The notes below the pieces were generated by a model. That model was not told the origin of the DNA, searched no databases, and worked only from the letters and a program-made list of their open reading frames with translations. From a virus: a stretch of DNA of 64,000 bases. The translations under genes and the position numbers were made by a program. The stretch spans positions 14,226 through 78,225 of IMG/VR virus record IMGVR_UViG_3300045988_092861; one strand, given 5' to 3'. How positions within the stretch are numbered: the stretch's first letter is position 1; every line of letters begins with the position of its first letter. Below are positions 50,367 through 59,099 of the stretch, piece by piece.

Positions 50367-53096
50367 ATGGTAAAGACGGTAAAAGAAGCTAAGGCTGATA
50401 TATTTCTGAGGGACACAGACAGCCAGTCCCTTTTTAATAACTCTGGTGTGTTATCATTCAAATACTACCATGAGTGGAATGACTGTTACAATCAGGTAAC
50501 AGGTGAGACAGCACAGATTGCTGGCGAGGTTTATGATGAGACAACGAACTCATACAAACCTAATTGCCCAGAAGGTTTCTCTCCTGTATTCAACGGCCGA
50601 CTGTCTGCCTTGTGGGATAATATTGTAAATTGTTTCCCTAACGAGGTGGAAGCGATGTATGCCAAGATGAGAGGAAATGGTCTTACTTATCAAGACATGC
50701 TCACAAAGTATAAGGACTTTTGGAAGTATTGGTGCGAGAATCTGTATAATGCAGATGCCTTCGGCTATGCCAACACCAACAACTTTACGAAGGCTTATGG
50801 TGACAAAGTGCAAGTGATAGACTACTTCTTTGGCAAGCGTCAGAGATACCTTGATAGTAAGTATCATTGCGGCTCGTCTGTTAGCAATAACCTTCGCTTG
50901 CGTTTATATGAAGTTGGTAGGGGCTTTGCTATCAAGCACTACCAGGCTATCTATTGTACCTTGCAGTGGGGTGTAGGCAACTTTGATGACCACCGTAATA
51001 TCAAGCCAGGCACTTATTCTTATATGCCGTTCAAGTTCTCTAACCCACAGGATGCAACCTTCGATATTGATGATGCAGACCTTATCACAGAGTTATCAAC
51101 CTATGCCAAGGGTAGCAATGGAAATTACACCATCTACGGCTTGGAAGGTCTTGGTGATTTTAAGTTCGACCTCAATATGGGCTTATTAAAAAGGCTCACA
51201 AAGTTCGTCATGAACTATACCGCATCCAAGCCAAACACGAGGGAGACAGGAACGAGTTTTGACCTCAGTAACATGGGTATGCTAAGACAGGTGATTGTCA
51301 GGAACGTGAAGAATCTGAAAAAGAGTATCATCTTATCTTCTGACCTCTTGGAGGAGATTGACTTCACAAATACACCTATAATAGGAGTAACGACACCTCC
51401 TACTGATATGCTCACAAAACTGGTGCTTCCTAATTCTATCAAGGAACTCAACCTTGTTGGATATACAAACTTGCAAGCTCGTTATCTTCAAGTGGCAGGT
51501 TACTCAAACATTGAGACCTTGCATATTGAGGATTGTCCTAACTTGGATAGCTATGAGATTGTTAAGACTTGTTATGATGCAGGAGCAAAACTGAATAATG
51601 TAACCTTGACAGGTATAGATTGGAATATAGACAACGTTGATGTGTTGATGTTCCTGGCAGAAAAGAAGGCAACCTTACGTGGAAAGATAACCATTGACAG
51701 CAGCGTCAGCTTGACAGCAGCGCAAGTCAGTGCCTTGAAGCAAGCCTTTGGTAATATAACATTGGAAAATAACAGTCTTTACATTTCCTTTAAACAGAAC
51801 GTTATTAAGGCTGTTTCCATTACAGGAAAGAAGAATTTACCTAAGGTTGGAAACTATGAGTATGGTATAGTTACAACTCCTGTGACTGGTAACAATATAG
51901 ACAATGTGCAGTGGTATATCTCTGAAAATGAATTTGCGGAGATAGATCGAAATACAGGTATTGTTAAGGTAAACAAAGTAGGGTCAGTAAGTAACAATGA
52001 CAAAGCTACAATCTCTGTAGATGTAACTTTATTGGATAATACTGTATTAACGGCAGAGAAAGAGGTCTTTCTCTATCCTCATCAGTTATCCTTGGGAGAT
52101 TTTCTTTTCTCTGATGGTTCTGTCTCTGATGAGTTGCAAGCTAATCTTACTCCTGTAGCTAATTGTTTCTATATCAACCCAAAGAACAGAAATCAGGGAT
52201 TGTTTGTTGCAACACAAAACTTGAATGTTCCTTATACAGCTTGGGGATTGTATGGGAGTAATAAAGAACCAAATAATAGCATCACTTCTGTAGAACTTAA
52301 AGATAATCCGAATATAAATGTTTATGACATTAATCTAATTCCTAATGTTGATTCCTGGGGAATTATAATCTCAGACGTAAATATTCGAGATGAAAGTAAT
52401 GCTGATAACGATGGGTTTAAAGAATATAAGGATACACAATGGGGAGGTTGTATAGGATTTACAACAGTTACTTCCACTATGTATAGTAACATTGGCTTAT
52501 ATTTGAGCAATATAGGACTTTCTGTAGGAGATACAGTATCTAAGGGACTTGTACAATCTTTGTATATTATTGCTTTAAGAGATATGGTTCTAACAGATTC
52601 AGGTATTAATCTTCCTGTGCCTGAAGCATCTAATGAGGAATCTCTGTATGATAATATAACAAAGTGTATTAACGATTTTGTTGCAAGAAATGACAATCAG
52701 AAAAAGTATGCCCAATACTACTTCCCTGCTGCATCTTATAGTAATGCCTATGAGCCTACTATAAAGAGCAAAGAGACACTTGTGAAAGGACTGAATGCTG
52801 GAAACTGGTATCTACCAAGTCACGGTGAAATAGCAAGATTATGCTGGTTTGCTTTAAAGGGCTACGATGGAGCAGAGTGGGCTATTTTTAGTAATGCTTT
52901 CCTACAAAATGCTTTTACTAAACTGAACGAATATCTATATAGTTCAGCAGAGGTACCAATTTCGACTCATATTTGTAGCTTTAATGCAAATACAGGTTTA
53001 AGTTCTTATGCTTCTGGAAAAAATGATATTAATAAGGCAAACCTTCCTTTGACTGCATCTATTAGACCTGTAGTTGCTTTTGAAATTAAGTATTAA
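50367..53096 (+). CDS. Giant tail-fibre-like protein: C-terminal part of CotH-like domain, LRR-like and Ig-like regions, DUF1566-like C-terminus
   Basis: It starts ...ADIFLRDTDSQSLF, the counterpart of the CotH 'WDxD..fG' motif. LRR-like LVLPNSIKELNLVGYTNLQ... C-terminal AGNWYLPSHGEIARL fits DUF1566 'W.LPs..EL'. Confidence 0.5.
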   Translation: MVKTVKEAKADIFLRDTDSQSLFNNSGVLSFKYYHEWNDCYNQVTGETAQIAGEVYDETTNSYKPNCPEGFSPVFNGRLSALWDNIVNCFPNEVEAMYAKMRGNGLTYQDMLTKYKDFWKYWCENLYNADAFGYANTNNFTKAYGDKVQVIDYFFGKRQRYLDSKYHCGSSVSNNLRLRLYEVGRGFAIKHYQAIYCTLQWGVGNFDDHRNIKPGTYSYMPFKFSNPQDATFDIDDADLITELSTYAKGSNGNYTIYGLEGLGDFKFDLNMGLLKRLTKFVMNYTASKPNTRETGTSFDLSNMGMLRQVIVRNVKNLKKSIILSSDLLEEIDFTNTPIIGVTTPPTDMLTKLVLPNSIKELNLVGYTNLQARYLQVAGYSNIETLHIEDCPNLDSYEIVKTCYDAGAKLNNVTLTGIDWNIDNVDVLMFLAEKKATLRGKITIDSSVSLTAAQVSALKQAFGNITLENNSLYISFKQNVIKAVSITGKKNLPKVGNYEYGIVTTPVTGNNIDNVQWYISENEFAEIDRNTGIVKVNKVGSVSNNDKATISVDVTLLDNTVLTAEKEVFLYPHQLSLGDFLFSDGSVSDELQANLTPVANCFYINPKNRNQGLFVATQNLNVPYTAWGLYGSNKEPNNSITSVELKDNPNINVYDINLIPNVDSWGIIISDVNIRDESNADNDGFKEYKDTQWGGCIGFTTVTSTMYSNIGLYLSNIGLSVGDTVSKGLVQSLYIIALRDMVLTDSGINLPVPEASNEESLYDNITKCINDFVARNDNQKKYAQYYFPAASYSNAYEPTIKSKETLVKGLNAGNWYLPSHGEIARLCWFALKGYDGAEWAIFSNAFLQNAFTKLNEYLYSSAEVPISTHICSFNANTGLSSYASGKNDINKANLPLTASIRPVVAFEIKY

Positions 53097-53116
53097 ATTA
53101 TTAAATTGATTATGAG

Positions 53117-53464
53117 ATGAATACATATATTAAAGAGATAATCATAGAATATCATTTTGGAAGACCAAAGATGACGATAGCAGTGGGCATGGGTAGTGAT
53201 AACTTCATTACCCTTCCTATCGCTGTGTGGAACTATGGGGCAATAGTCTCAGCCCTTATCAGACATAAGTATTCAGAGAGCGAGGTTGAAGCAATAGTAA
53301 GTAACTCTCTTATGCTTATGCAAAATCCTTCAAGTGTAAGTGAGGAGGAATCCAATGAGAAGCTGAATGAGTTCAATGAGTTCCAAGAATACAGAGAGAA
53401 GTGCAAGGCAAGAGCCAAAGAACTTCTCGCCATCGGTGAGACAATGGGGATAAAGGAAATGTAG
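53117..53464 (+). CDS. Hypothetical protein
   Basis: 115-aa ORF. Confidence 0.45.
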   Translation: MNTYIKEIIIEYHFGRPKMTIAVGMGSDNFITLPIAVWNYGAIVSALIRHKYSESEVEAIVSNSLMLMQNPSSVSEEESNEKLNEFNEFQEYREKCKARAKELLAIGETMGIKEM

Positions 53465-53491
53465 TCCTGAGTGTATAACAAATAATAATGT

Positions 53492-53725
53492 ATGATGAGA
53501 AATATATTAAAAGTAAACAAGCGAGACTGGATTGGTCTTGCTTGTTGGCTGCTTATCAGCATATTGATAGGTCTGCTTGCCTTGCCAGTAATGGTAGGTA
53601 GAGAGATATACCAGTACAAGCACTATCATCTCTCGCGATTTGAGTGGGAAGACGTTGTGAGGTATTCCGTAGTAATCTTACTCGGTAGTATTATTAATTA
53701 CTTTATTTTAGATTCATTATTATGA
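53492..53725 (+). CDS. Small membrane protein
   Basis: 77 aa with two hydrophobic segments (IGLACWLLISILIGLLALPV and VVILLGSIINYFIL). Confidence 0.45.
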   Translation: MMRNILKVNKRDWIGLACWLLISILIGLLALPVMVGREIYQYKHYHLSRFEWEDVVRYSVVILLGSIINYFILDSLL

Positions 53726-53932
53726 GACAGATAAAAAGATTTGGAAGAAATGGCGTCCTTGTTTCGATGCAAAATCGGAATATAAGGATGTAAAATAAAA
53801 GATGTCACCTATCTGAGTTGGCAATATCACACAACCAAGTTCATTCTCTATCAAACTAAGATGGCTCATCAAACACTGGTATACGAATAATTTGCTTACA
53901 GATTGTTACTTTATCAAAGCTTAACTTTAAAA

Positions 53933-53976
53933 TTTTGCTCAAAATGAATTGATTTGAGCAAAAAATTGTAATTTTG
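53933..53976 (+). promoter_or_regulatory. 11-bp inverted repeat operator plus -7 box TAATTTTG
   Basis: TTTTGCTCAAA (53933-53943) / TTTGAGCAAAA (53953-53963). -7 box at 53969-53976. Lies upstream of 54040. Confidence 0.45.
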
Positions 53977-54039
53977 CCACAGATTTTAATTTTATCAAGA
54001 ACGTAGAACAATTAACTATAGACAAAAGGAGGAGAATTT

Positions 54040-54591
54040 ATGACTAAAGAGGAAGAAGATGAAGTACATCGGTTAGTTCAATCAGTCGGTGTTGTACAGT
54101 TGTCAAGAGTAATGTTTAAGGACATGGACGTTAGCGAAATTATAAACGTCATTATCCTTGCAGGTAGAGGCTACAGCATAAAGCTACTCACTTGGTTTAA
54201 GTATTATTGTGAAGTGATGCCTCTGTTTATCATGCTTTTTCATATTGCATGCATGGTAACATTTGCGTCTCATGAAAAAGAAATGTGCGTATGGTTTAAG
54301 GAGAATTGGGTATCGGCAGCATTTATCTATTTTTCCGTTTACATCCATCCGCTTGTGCTTATAATTGCGAGCAGATTCTTTTGGCTCTGCTACAGATGGC
54401 GTATTCCGATGATCATCTACCTATTTGGGATAAATGCTATTCATATCGTATACTGGAATGTTTTTACAACCAACGAAATGGTGGAAGCTAATGTTGTAAT
54501 ACTTGTAATGACCATTATATTTTATGTATATGGTTTTGCCGATAAGTATTTCTCAGGCAAGGGCTGTCAAAGTTTAATCTCTAGATTATAA
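54040..54591 (+). CDS. Polytopic membrane protein (moron candidate)
   Basis: 183 aa with 4-5 hydrophobic helices. Strong SD (AAAGGAGGAG) before the ATG. AT-rich island between the fibre and lysis modules. Confidence 0.55.
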   Translation: MTKEEEDEVHRLVQSVGVVQLSRVMFKDMDVSEIINVIILAGRGYSIKLLTWFKYYCEVMPLFIMLFHIACMVTFASHEKEMCVWFKENWVSAAFIYFSVYIHPLVLIIASRFFWLCYRWRIPMIIYLFGINAIHIVYWNVFTTNEMVEANVVILVMTIIFYVYGFADKYFSGKGCQSLISRL

Positions 54592-54595
54592 TGAT

Positions 54596-54940
54596 ATGGG
54601 AAAGTTATTTGGTTATCACACCTTGGGAGTGTTATTAAAATCGTTATCGGATTCTTGTTTTCGAGCAGACGAGCAAGAGAAGAGAGGGGAGAAGGTAACT
54701 GCTTGCGGAATGAGTAGCGATGAGATAGAAGACCTTTGTGAGAACTATCTGCCGTATGCTCTCAACCCGATGATGAGCACCGAGGAAGTCAAGGAGAAAC
54801 TGCACGTTTCTGATGCTACACTCAATCGTATGGTTGCAAGGGGTGACATTCCCAACGGCGAGTGCAAGAAAAGAGGACATACGAGATATTTTAAGAAGTG
54901 GGATATACTACACTACATTAAGAGCAAGAGAGGTAAGTGA
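54596..54940 (+). CDS. Excisionase/MerR-type HTH DNA-binding protein (putative)
   Basis: STEEVKEKLHVSDATLNRMVARGDIP...RYFKKWDILHYI fits the Xis-type HTH_17 pattern. The true start may be an internal Met. Confidence 0.5.
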   Translation: MGKLFGYHTLGVLLKSLSDSCFRADEQEKRGEKVTACGMSSDEIEDLCENYLPYALNPMMSTEEVKEKLHVSDATLNRMVARGDIPNGECKKRGHTRYFKKWDILHYIKSKRGK

Positions 54941-54960
54941 TTGCCTCTCTTTTTATTTTC

Positions 54961-55000
54961 AATCCTTTCCAATCTTGCAAACATTGGAAAGGATTTTAAT
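54961..55000 (+). terminator. Rho-independent terminator-like hairpin
   Basis: Perfect 13-bp stem AATCCTTTCCAAT / ATTGGAAAGGATT with a 9-nt loop, followed by TTAATT. Confidence 0.6.
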
Positions 55001-55025
55001 TCCCCCGATTTCGTGGGTTTTAAAA

Positions 55026-55072
55026 ATACAATATTTCGATAAAATTATATACAATTATATACAATATTTCGA
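55026..55072 (+). repeat. Direct repeats ATACAATATTTCGA x2 (33-bp period) with AATTATATA copies
   Basis: Identical 14-mers at 55026-55039 and 55059-55072, upstream of the lysis promoter. Confidence 0.7.
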
Positions 55073-55133
55073 GGAAATTATATATATATGCGTTTATATG
55101 AGTGCATAAAGTTTTGCACTTTTTCGCAATAGC

Positions 55134-55193
55134 TATTTGATGATTAAATATTTTATTGTATATTTGCAGCATTATTGTTTAATCATCAAATAG
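55134..55193 (+). promoter_or_regulatory. Family-2 operator pair bracketing the lysis promoter
   Basis: TATTTGATGATTAAATA (55134-55150) is the reverse complement of the 1841 17-mer. TGTTTAATCATCAAATA (55177-55193) differs from it by one mismatch. They flank -7 TATATTTG (55159-55166) followed by CAGC. Confidence 0.55.
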
Positions 55194-55200
55194 TTATAGT

Positions 55201-55665
55201 ATGGCAGATAGAATTAAAGATATTGTTGTAGGCGTAGTTCTTGCACTCCTCGCCTATCTTAAACCGATTGAAGGCGAGTTGTCTTCGCTTATGATCGTCT
55301 TCACCCTCAACTTTATTTTCGGTTATCTTAGTGGCATGATTGCAAAAGGAGAGAACTTCGAGTTGAAGAAAGCAGTTGTGTGCATCGGTCACGCTACCGT
55401 GTTTTTCGTCCTTTGCGCAGCCGTGTATGCTATTGGGAGGTTTAAAGGACAGATGGAAGGCTCGGTTCAATGCGTTTCCTTTATCTCGTATTTAGTTCTG
55501 TGGTTTTATGGATGCAATATTCTTAAGAACTTGAAGCTGATATTCAAAAAAGAAACTCCACCCTGGTACGTAGTCAGCTTCCTGTATTATCTTATGCGAT
55601 TTAGGTTTATTGATAAGATTCCCTATCTATCAGAATATCTTAATTACGCAGAAAAGGAGGAATGA
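55201..55665 (+). CDS. Holin (putative)
   Basis: 154 aa with 3-4 TM segments. Immediately upstream of the endolysin, with an ATGA overlap. Confidence 0.5.
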   Translation: MADRIKDIVVGVVLALLAYLKPIEGELSSLMIVFTLNFIFGYLSGMIAKGENFELKKAVVCIGHATVFFVLCAAVYAIGRFKGQMEGSVQCVSFISYLVLWFYGCNILKNLKLIFKKETPPWYVVSFLYYLMRFRFIDKIPYLSEYLNYAEKEE

Positions 55666-56204
55666 TTATGGCAGATTCAGCTAAACTTGTTCCGTTTATT
55701 CTTAGCTGGGAAACGGATAAATACACGAACAGAAAAAACGATAATGGGGGACCGACAAAGTACGGAATTACCCTTGCTACCTGGAGAAAAGTCGGGTACG
55801 ACAAGAATGGCGATGGTGTTCTCAACGAAGAAGACGTGAAACTCCTTACTGAGGAAGACTTCCATCGTGTCTTTAAGGAGAACTATTGGAATGCCTGCAA
55901 AGCAGACAAAATTCAAGATCAGAGTGTAGCCAACATGCTGGTAGACTTTGCTTATAATAGCGGAGTTAATAAAGCTGTAAAACATCTACAACTTGTATTA
56001 GGTATCACAGCAGATGGTATTATCGGTAATAAGACCCTGCATTCCATTAATAAATCAAACGGAGAAAGGCTATTCGAAGCCTTCAAGAAAGATAGAAAAG
56101 CTTATCTAAAGAGAAATGCAGTCGGTAACCAGAGATGTTTTCTTAAAGGATGGCTTCGCAGACTTAGCTACATTACGTATGGTAATCTAAAATTGAATAA
56201 ATGA
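55662..56204 (+). CDS. Endolysin, GH108 lysozyme-like with PG_binding_3-like C-terminus
   Basis: ILSWETDKYTNRKNDNGGPTKYGIT..., ...YWNACKADKI...DFAYNSG...ADGIIGNKT...GWLRRL follows the GH108 pattern. Confidence 0.85.
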   Translation: MIMADSAKLVPFILSWETDKYTNRKNDNGGPTKYGITLATWRKVGYDKNGDGVLNEEDVKLLTEEDFHRVFKENYWNACKADKIQDQSVANMLVDFAYNSGVNKAVKHLQLVLGITADGIIGNKTLHSINKSNGERLFEAFKKDRKAYLKRNAVGNQRCFLKGWLRRLSYITYGNLKLNK

Positions 56205-56800
56205 TGAAATGGCATGATATAAGATTTTGGAAATGGGCAACCACTACCTTAGTGGTAGGTCTTGCGCTTGTTTCTGTCTTAGGGTGCAGCACTCATAGAG
56301 CAGTAACTACACAAACCTTCATCACAGACAAGCAGAGTGAAAAGAAATTCGATTCCCTCTTCAACACCCGATTGTCTTATGCCTTCGAGCAATGGCAACA
56401 TATCCAAAAGCGAGAAACAGAAAAAGCTACCAAAGATAGCAGCTATGTAAAAGATAGCACAGCAACCCGATATGATGCTCAAGGGAATAAGATTGGTGAA
56501 GATCGTTTTCATTACGAGAGTCACTATTTATTTGAAAAGGAACGAAGAATGCTCCTCGATACCATCAGTACATATAAAGCATACAAAGATAGCTTTATAT
56601 ATTACAGAGAAAGATGTGACTCCTTATCAAAGATTGGTACCTCTCAGTTCTATAAGATTAACGCTCCTTCTATAAAAGAGAAATCTCTGTCAAGTATGCA
56701 GAAGATATTCTTAAAAACGGGGCAGATGTTTTGGTTCTGCTTTATACTCATAGTTATGTACTTATTATATATATCAAGGAAGAAAAAGAAAGAATCTTAG
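56201..56800 (+). CDS. Unimolecular spanin-like protein (lipoprotein signal plus C-terminal TM)
   Basis: N-terminal LVVGLALVSVLGC lipobox and C-terminal TM MFWFCFILIVMYLLYI followed by KKKK. ATGA overlap with the endolysin. Confidence 0.4.
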   Translation: MMKWHDIRFWKWATTTLVVGLALVSVLGCSTHRAVTTQTFITDKQSEKKFDSLFNTRLSYAFEQWQHIQKRETEKATKDSSYVKDSTATRYDAQGNKIGEDRFHYESHYLFEKERRMLLDTISTYKAYKDSFIYYRERCDSLSKIGTSQFYKINAPSIKEKSLSSMQKIFLKTGQMFWFCFILIVMYLLYISRKKKKES

Positions 56801-56843
56801 AAAAGTTGTTTAATTAAGGTTTTGAGATTTATTTAGGATAACT

Positions 56844-56880
56844 AGGGCGACTACTCGTGATGAGCGGTCGCCCTTTTTGT
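56844..56880 (+). terminator. Rho-independent terminator
   Basis: AGGGCGAC / GTCGCCCT stem followed by TTTTTGTTTG. It closes the lysis operon. Confidence 0.75.
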
Positions 56881-57007
56881 TTGCAATGTAAATTCTTCTG
56901 TTCTAAGAGGATAAAAAATGAGTCTACCTACTATCACACCAAACTGCTGATTTAGAGCCACTAACAGAAACTATGATAGAGTTATAGCCTATTTGCATAC
57001 TATTTTC

Positions 57008-57034
57008 TAACTTTGCATTTGTAACGTTACAAAT
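57008..57034 (+). promoter_or_regulatory. -7 box TAACTTTG followed by perfect 18-bp palindrome ATTTGTAACGTTACAAAT
   Basis: -7 box at 57008-57015. The palindrome at 57017-57034 covers the expected TSS, 40 nt upstream of ATG 57075. Confidence 0.55.
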
Positions 57035-57074
57035 AGTGTTAGAAAATATTAAGGTTAAATTAAAAATTCGGGAT

Positions 57075-58058
57075 ATGGAAAGTAAAACTTACGTGTTCAA
57101 TCCAGAGAGCGGCACAAGCGGCACAGGCTCTAATGGAATCTTGGCTATGCTTCCTGCACTCATGCAGAGACAGGGTGTTGACCCAGGTCTTATTGCACTC
57201 TTGAACAACCGTGGAAACGGAAATGGTTGGGGTGAAGACATCTTTGCTATCCTTTTGTTGTTCATACTTATGGGCAATAATGGTATGGGACTCTTCGGAG
57301 GTAATCGCTGCATGGGCTCTAACGGACAGGGCGGTGTTATGCCAATGCTTAACAATGATGCCAATACTGCCGTTATCATGCAGGCAGTTCAGCGCAATGG
57401 CTTTGATGTTCAGAGCTTGGCTACAGCCCTCAACACATCAAGTGACGCAGTCATGGCTGCAATCAATGGCTTAGGTCAGCAGATTTGCAACCTCGGCAAT
57501 CAGATGGGCATGAATGCTAATCAGATTTTGACAGCTATCATGCAGGGCAACAACGCTATCGCTACCCAGTTGGCAGAATGCTGCTGCAAGACCAATAACG
57601 CCATCACTGCAATGGACGGCAACATCAAGTTGTCTATCTGTCAGCAGACTCACGCCATCAATGATACGGCAAACGCCAATGCTTTGATGCTCCGTGACAA
57701 GGCTGATGCTAACAATCAGTCCGTCTTGGCTAAGTTGGATCAGATGCAGACACAGGCTATGCAGGACAAGCTCGATGCTTTGAGAGAGAAGAATAGTGCT
57801 CTGCTTGCTCAGATTTCCAATGAGCATCAGACACAGGCTTTGCAGGCTTATCAGGCGCAGGTTATCACCCCAGTAAATGCTGCTTTGGCTGCGCTGCAGG
57901 CAGAGGTAGCTGGCATCAAGTGCAAGTTGCCTAATACCATCAGCGTTCAGTACCCTCAGTACGGAGTATTTAACAAGGACGTTTATACTGCTGCTGCCAT
58001 GGGAGCTTATGCAGGTGATGTAGCGGCTTCTCGTTCTACTGTAGGATGTGGTTGTTAG
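57075..58058 (+). CDS. G/N/Q/A-rich Cys-containing protein with one hydrophobic segment (unknown function)
   Basis: ATG 57075 (the track start at 57036 is GTG). Features are GNGNGWGEDIFAILLLFILMGNNG, ECCCK, a long Q/A-rich coiled coil, and a GCGC end. Confidence 0.5.
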   Translation: MESKTYVFNPESGTSGTGSNGILAMLPALMQRQGVDPGLIALLNNRGNGNGWGEDIFAILLLFILMGNNGMGLFGGNRCMGSNGQGGVMPMLNNDANTAVIMQAVQRNGFDVQSLATALNTSSDAVMAAINGLGQQICNLGNQMGMNANQILTAIMQGNNAIATQLAECCCKTNNAITAMDGNIKLSICQQTHAINDTANANALMLRDKADANNQSVLAKLDQMQTQAMQDKLDALREKNSALLAQISNEHQTQALQAYQAQVITPVNAALAALQAEVAGIKCKLPNTISVQYPQYGVFNKDVYTAAAMGAYAGDVAASRSTVGCGC

Positions 58059-58072
58059 GAAAGGAGGTAACT

Positions 58073-58513
58073 ATGTTCCCTTTGTATCCATTCAATCCAT
58101 TCAACCCAATGTATTTCGGTCAGCGCAATGGTCTCAGACGAGTTGACATCGGTGGCATCTATGAGCTTAGAACGAATGCACAACAGGTAACAGAGGCAAG
58201 TGTGGACTTCGGTATCAATCCTAACTGTTACAATGCCCTGCCTTGTGAAAGTGTTGTCTTGCTTAAGATACACCAAGGTGTGCCTACCGCTAGTGCTGAC
58301 CTTCCTGTAAAGGTCGTAGTTCCTAGTGGCTCTACCACCGTGAACGGAACCACTAGCACGACTTCGGGAACTACAAAGTCTCCCGTGGTTGACCACAACG
58401 GAACGGCAGTAACAGGTGCAGGACTGGCTAACGTTACGGAAGCTTTGGCTTACATCAACAAGAAGAGCGGTACCATCCGATTGCTTGGGTTTCAGCAGCC
58501 AACAGGCGGCTAA
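58073..58513 (+). CDS. Hypothetical T/S/G-rich beta-type protein
   Basis: ATG 58073 lies 6 nt after AAGGAGG (58061-58067). N-terminal FPLYPFNPFNPMYFG. The upstream ATG at 58046 lies inside the previous gene. Confidence 0.5.
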   Translation: MFPLYPFNPFNPMYFGQRNGLRRVDIGGIYELRTNAQQVTEASVDFGINPNCYNALPCESVVLLKIHQGVPTASADLPVKVVVPSGSTTVNGTTSTTSGTTKSPVVDHNGTAVTGAGLANVTEALAYINKKSGTIRLLGFQQPTGG

Positions 58514-58569
58514 CGGAGTATTAACTACGGAGCAGGTGGCAACATCTGCTCCATTAAAAGAGAAAGAAA

Positions 58570-59094
58570 ATGTTTCAAGGACTAAGACAGTCTTCTCTCT
58601 TCTACATCTTAGACAAGGGAGGAGAAAAGCCGACACTAAGAATCGGTCAAGTAATATCGGTTAGCAATCCTCAACAGAAATACCCAAGTTACGTGCCTGG
58701 TCAAACACCGACATTAGAAACTACGGTAGATGTTAAGGTGCAAGTAGAAGACCAGCAAGTAAACTTTGAAAAGTTGCCTTCAACGGCACAGATAGTAAAC
58801 TTCGGCAATGAAGGTGTTGTTGTCAGTGACAACAGGGAAGCTATGTGCGCTGAGATTGATGCTATGTTGCGGCATTCCAAGGGAGTCGTGGAAAGTGTAG
58901 ATTACCACAATGGAGTCATAAGCTCCTGCGAGGAAATGCTTACTAGAATCAACCCACAGATTGCCAAGGAGAAGCAACAGGAGCAGGACATCAATAACCT
59001 CAAATCAGAGGTTAGTGGCATGAAGGGTACGCTTTCCAATATTGAATCCATGCTGTCTAAGGCTTTGAGCAGTGGTAACAATTTTAAAAAGTAA
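58570..59094 (+). CDS. Hypothetical protein with C-terminal coiled coil
   Basis: 174-aa ORF. Confidence 0.5.
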   Translation: MFQGLRQSSLFYILDKGGEKPTLRIGQVISVSNPQQKYPSYVPGQTPTLETTVDVKVQVEDQQVNFEKLPSTAQIVNFGNEGVVVSDNREAMCAEIDAMLRHSKGVVESVDYHNGVISSCEEMLTRINPQIAKEKQQEQDINNLKSEVSGMKGTLSNIESMLSKALSSGNNFKK

Positions 59095-59099
59095 TTGCT

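Noticed and set aside
30731-56800. Possible stop-codon reassignment in late genes, prompted by the odd tRNA-like gene.
   Set aside because: All large structural ORFs (capsid, 1620-aa TMP, and the ~1486-, 1075- and 909-aa proteins) are open under the standard code. The only tight ORF break (50364/50367) involves a frame change, not an in-frame stop.
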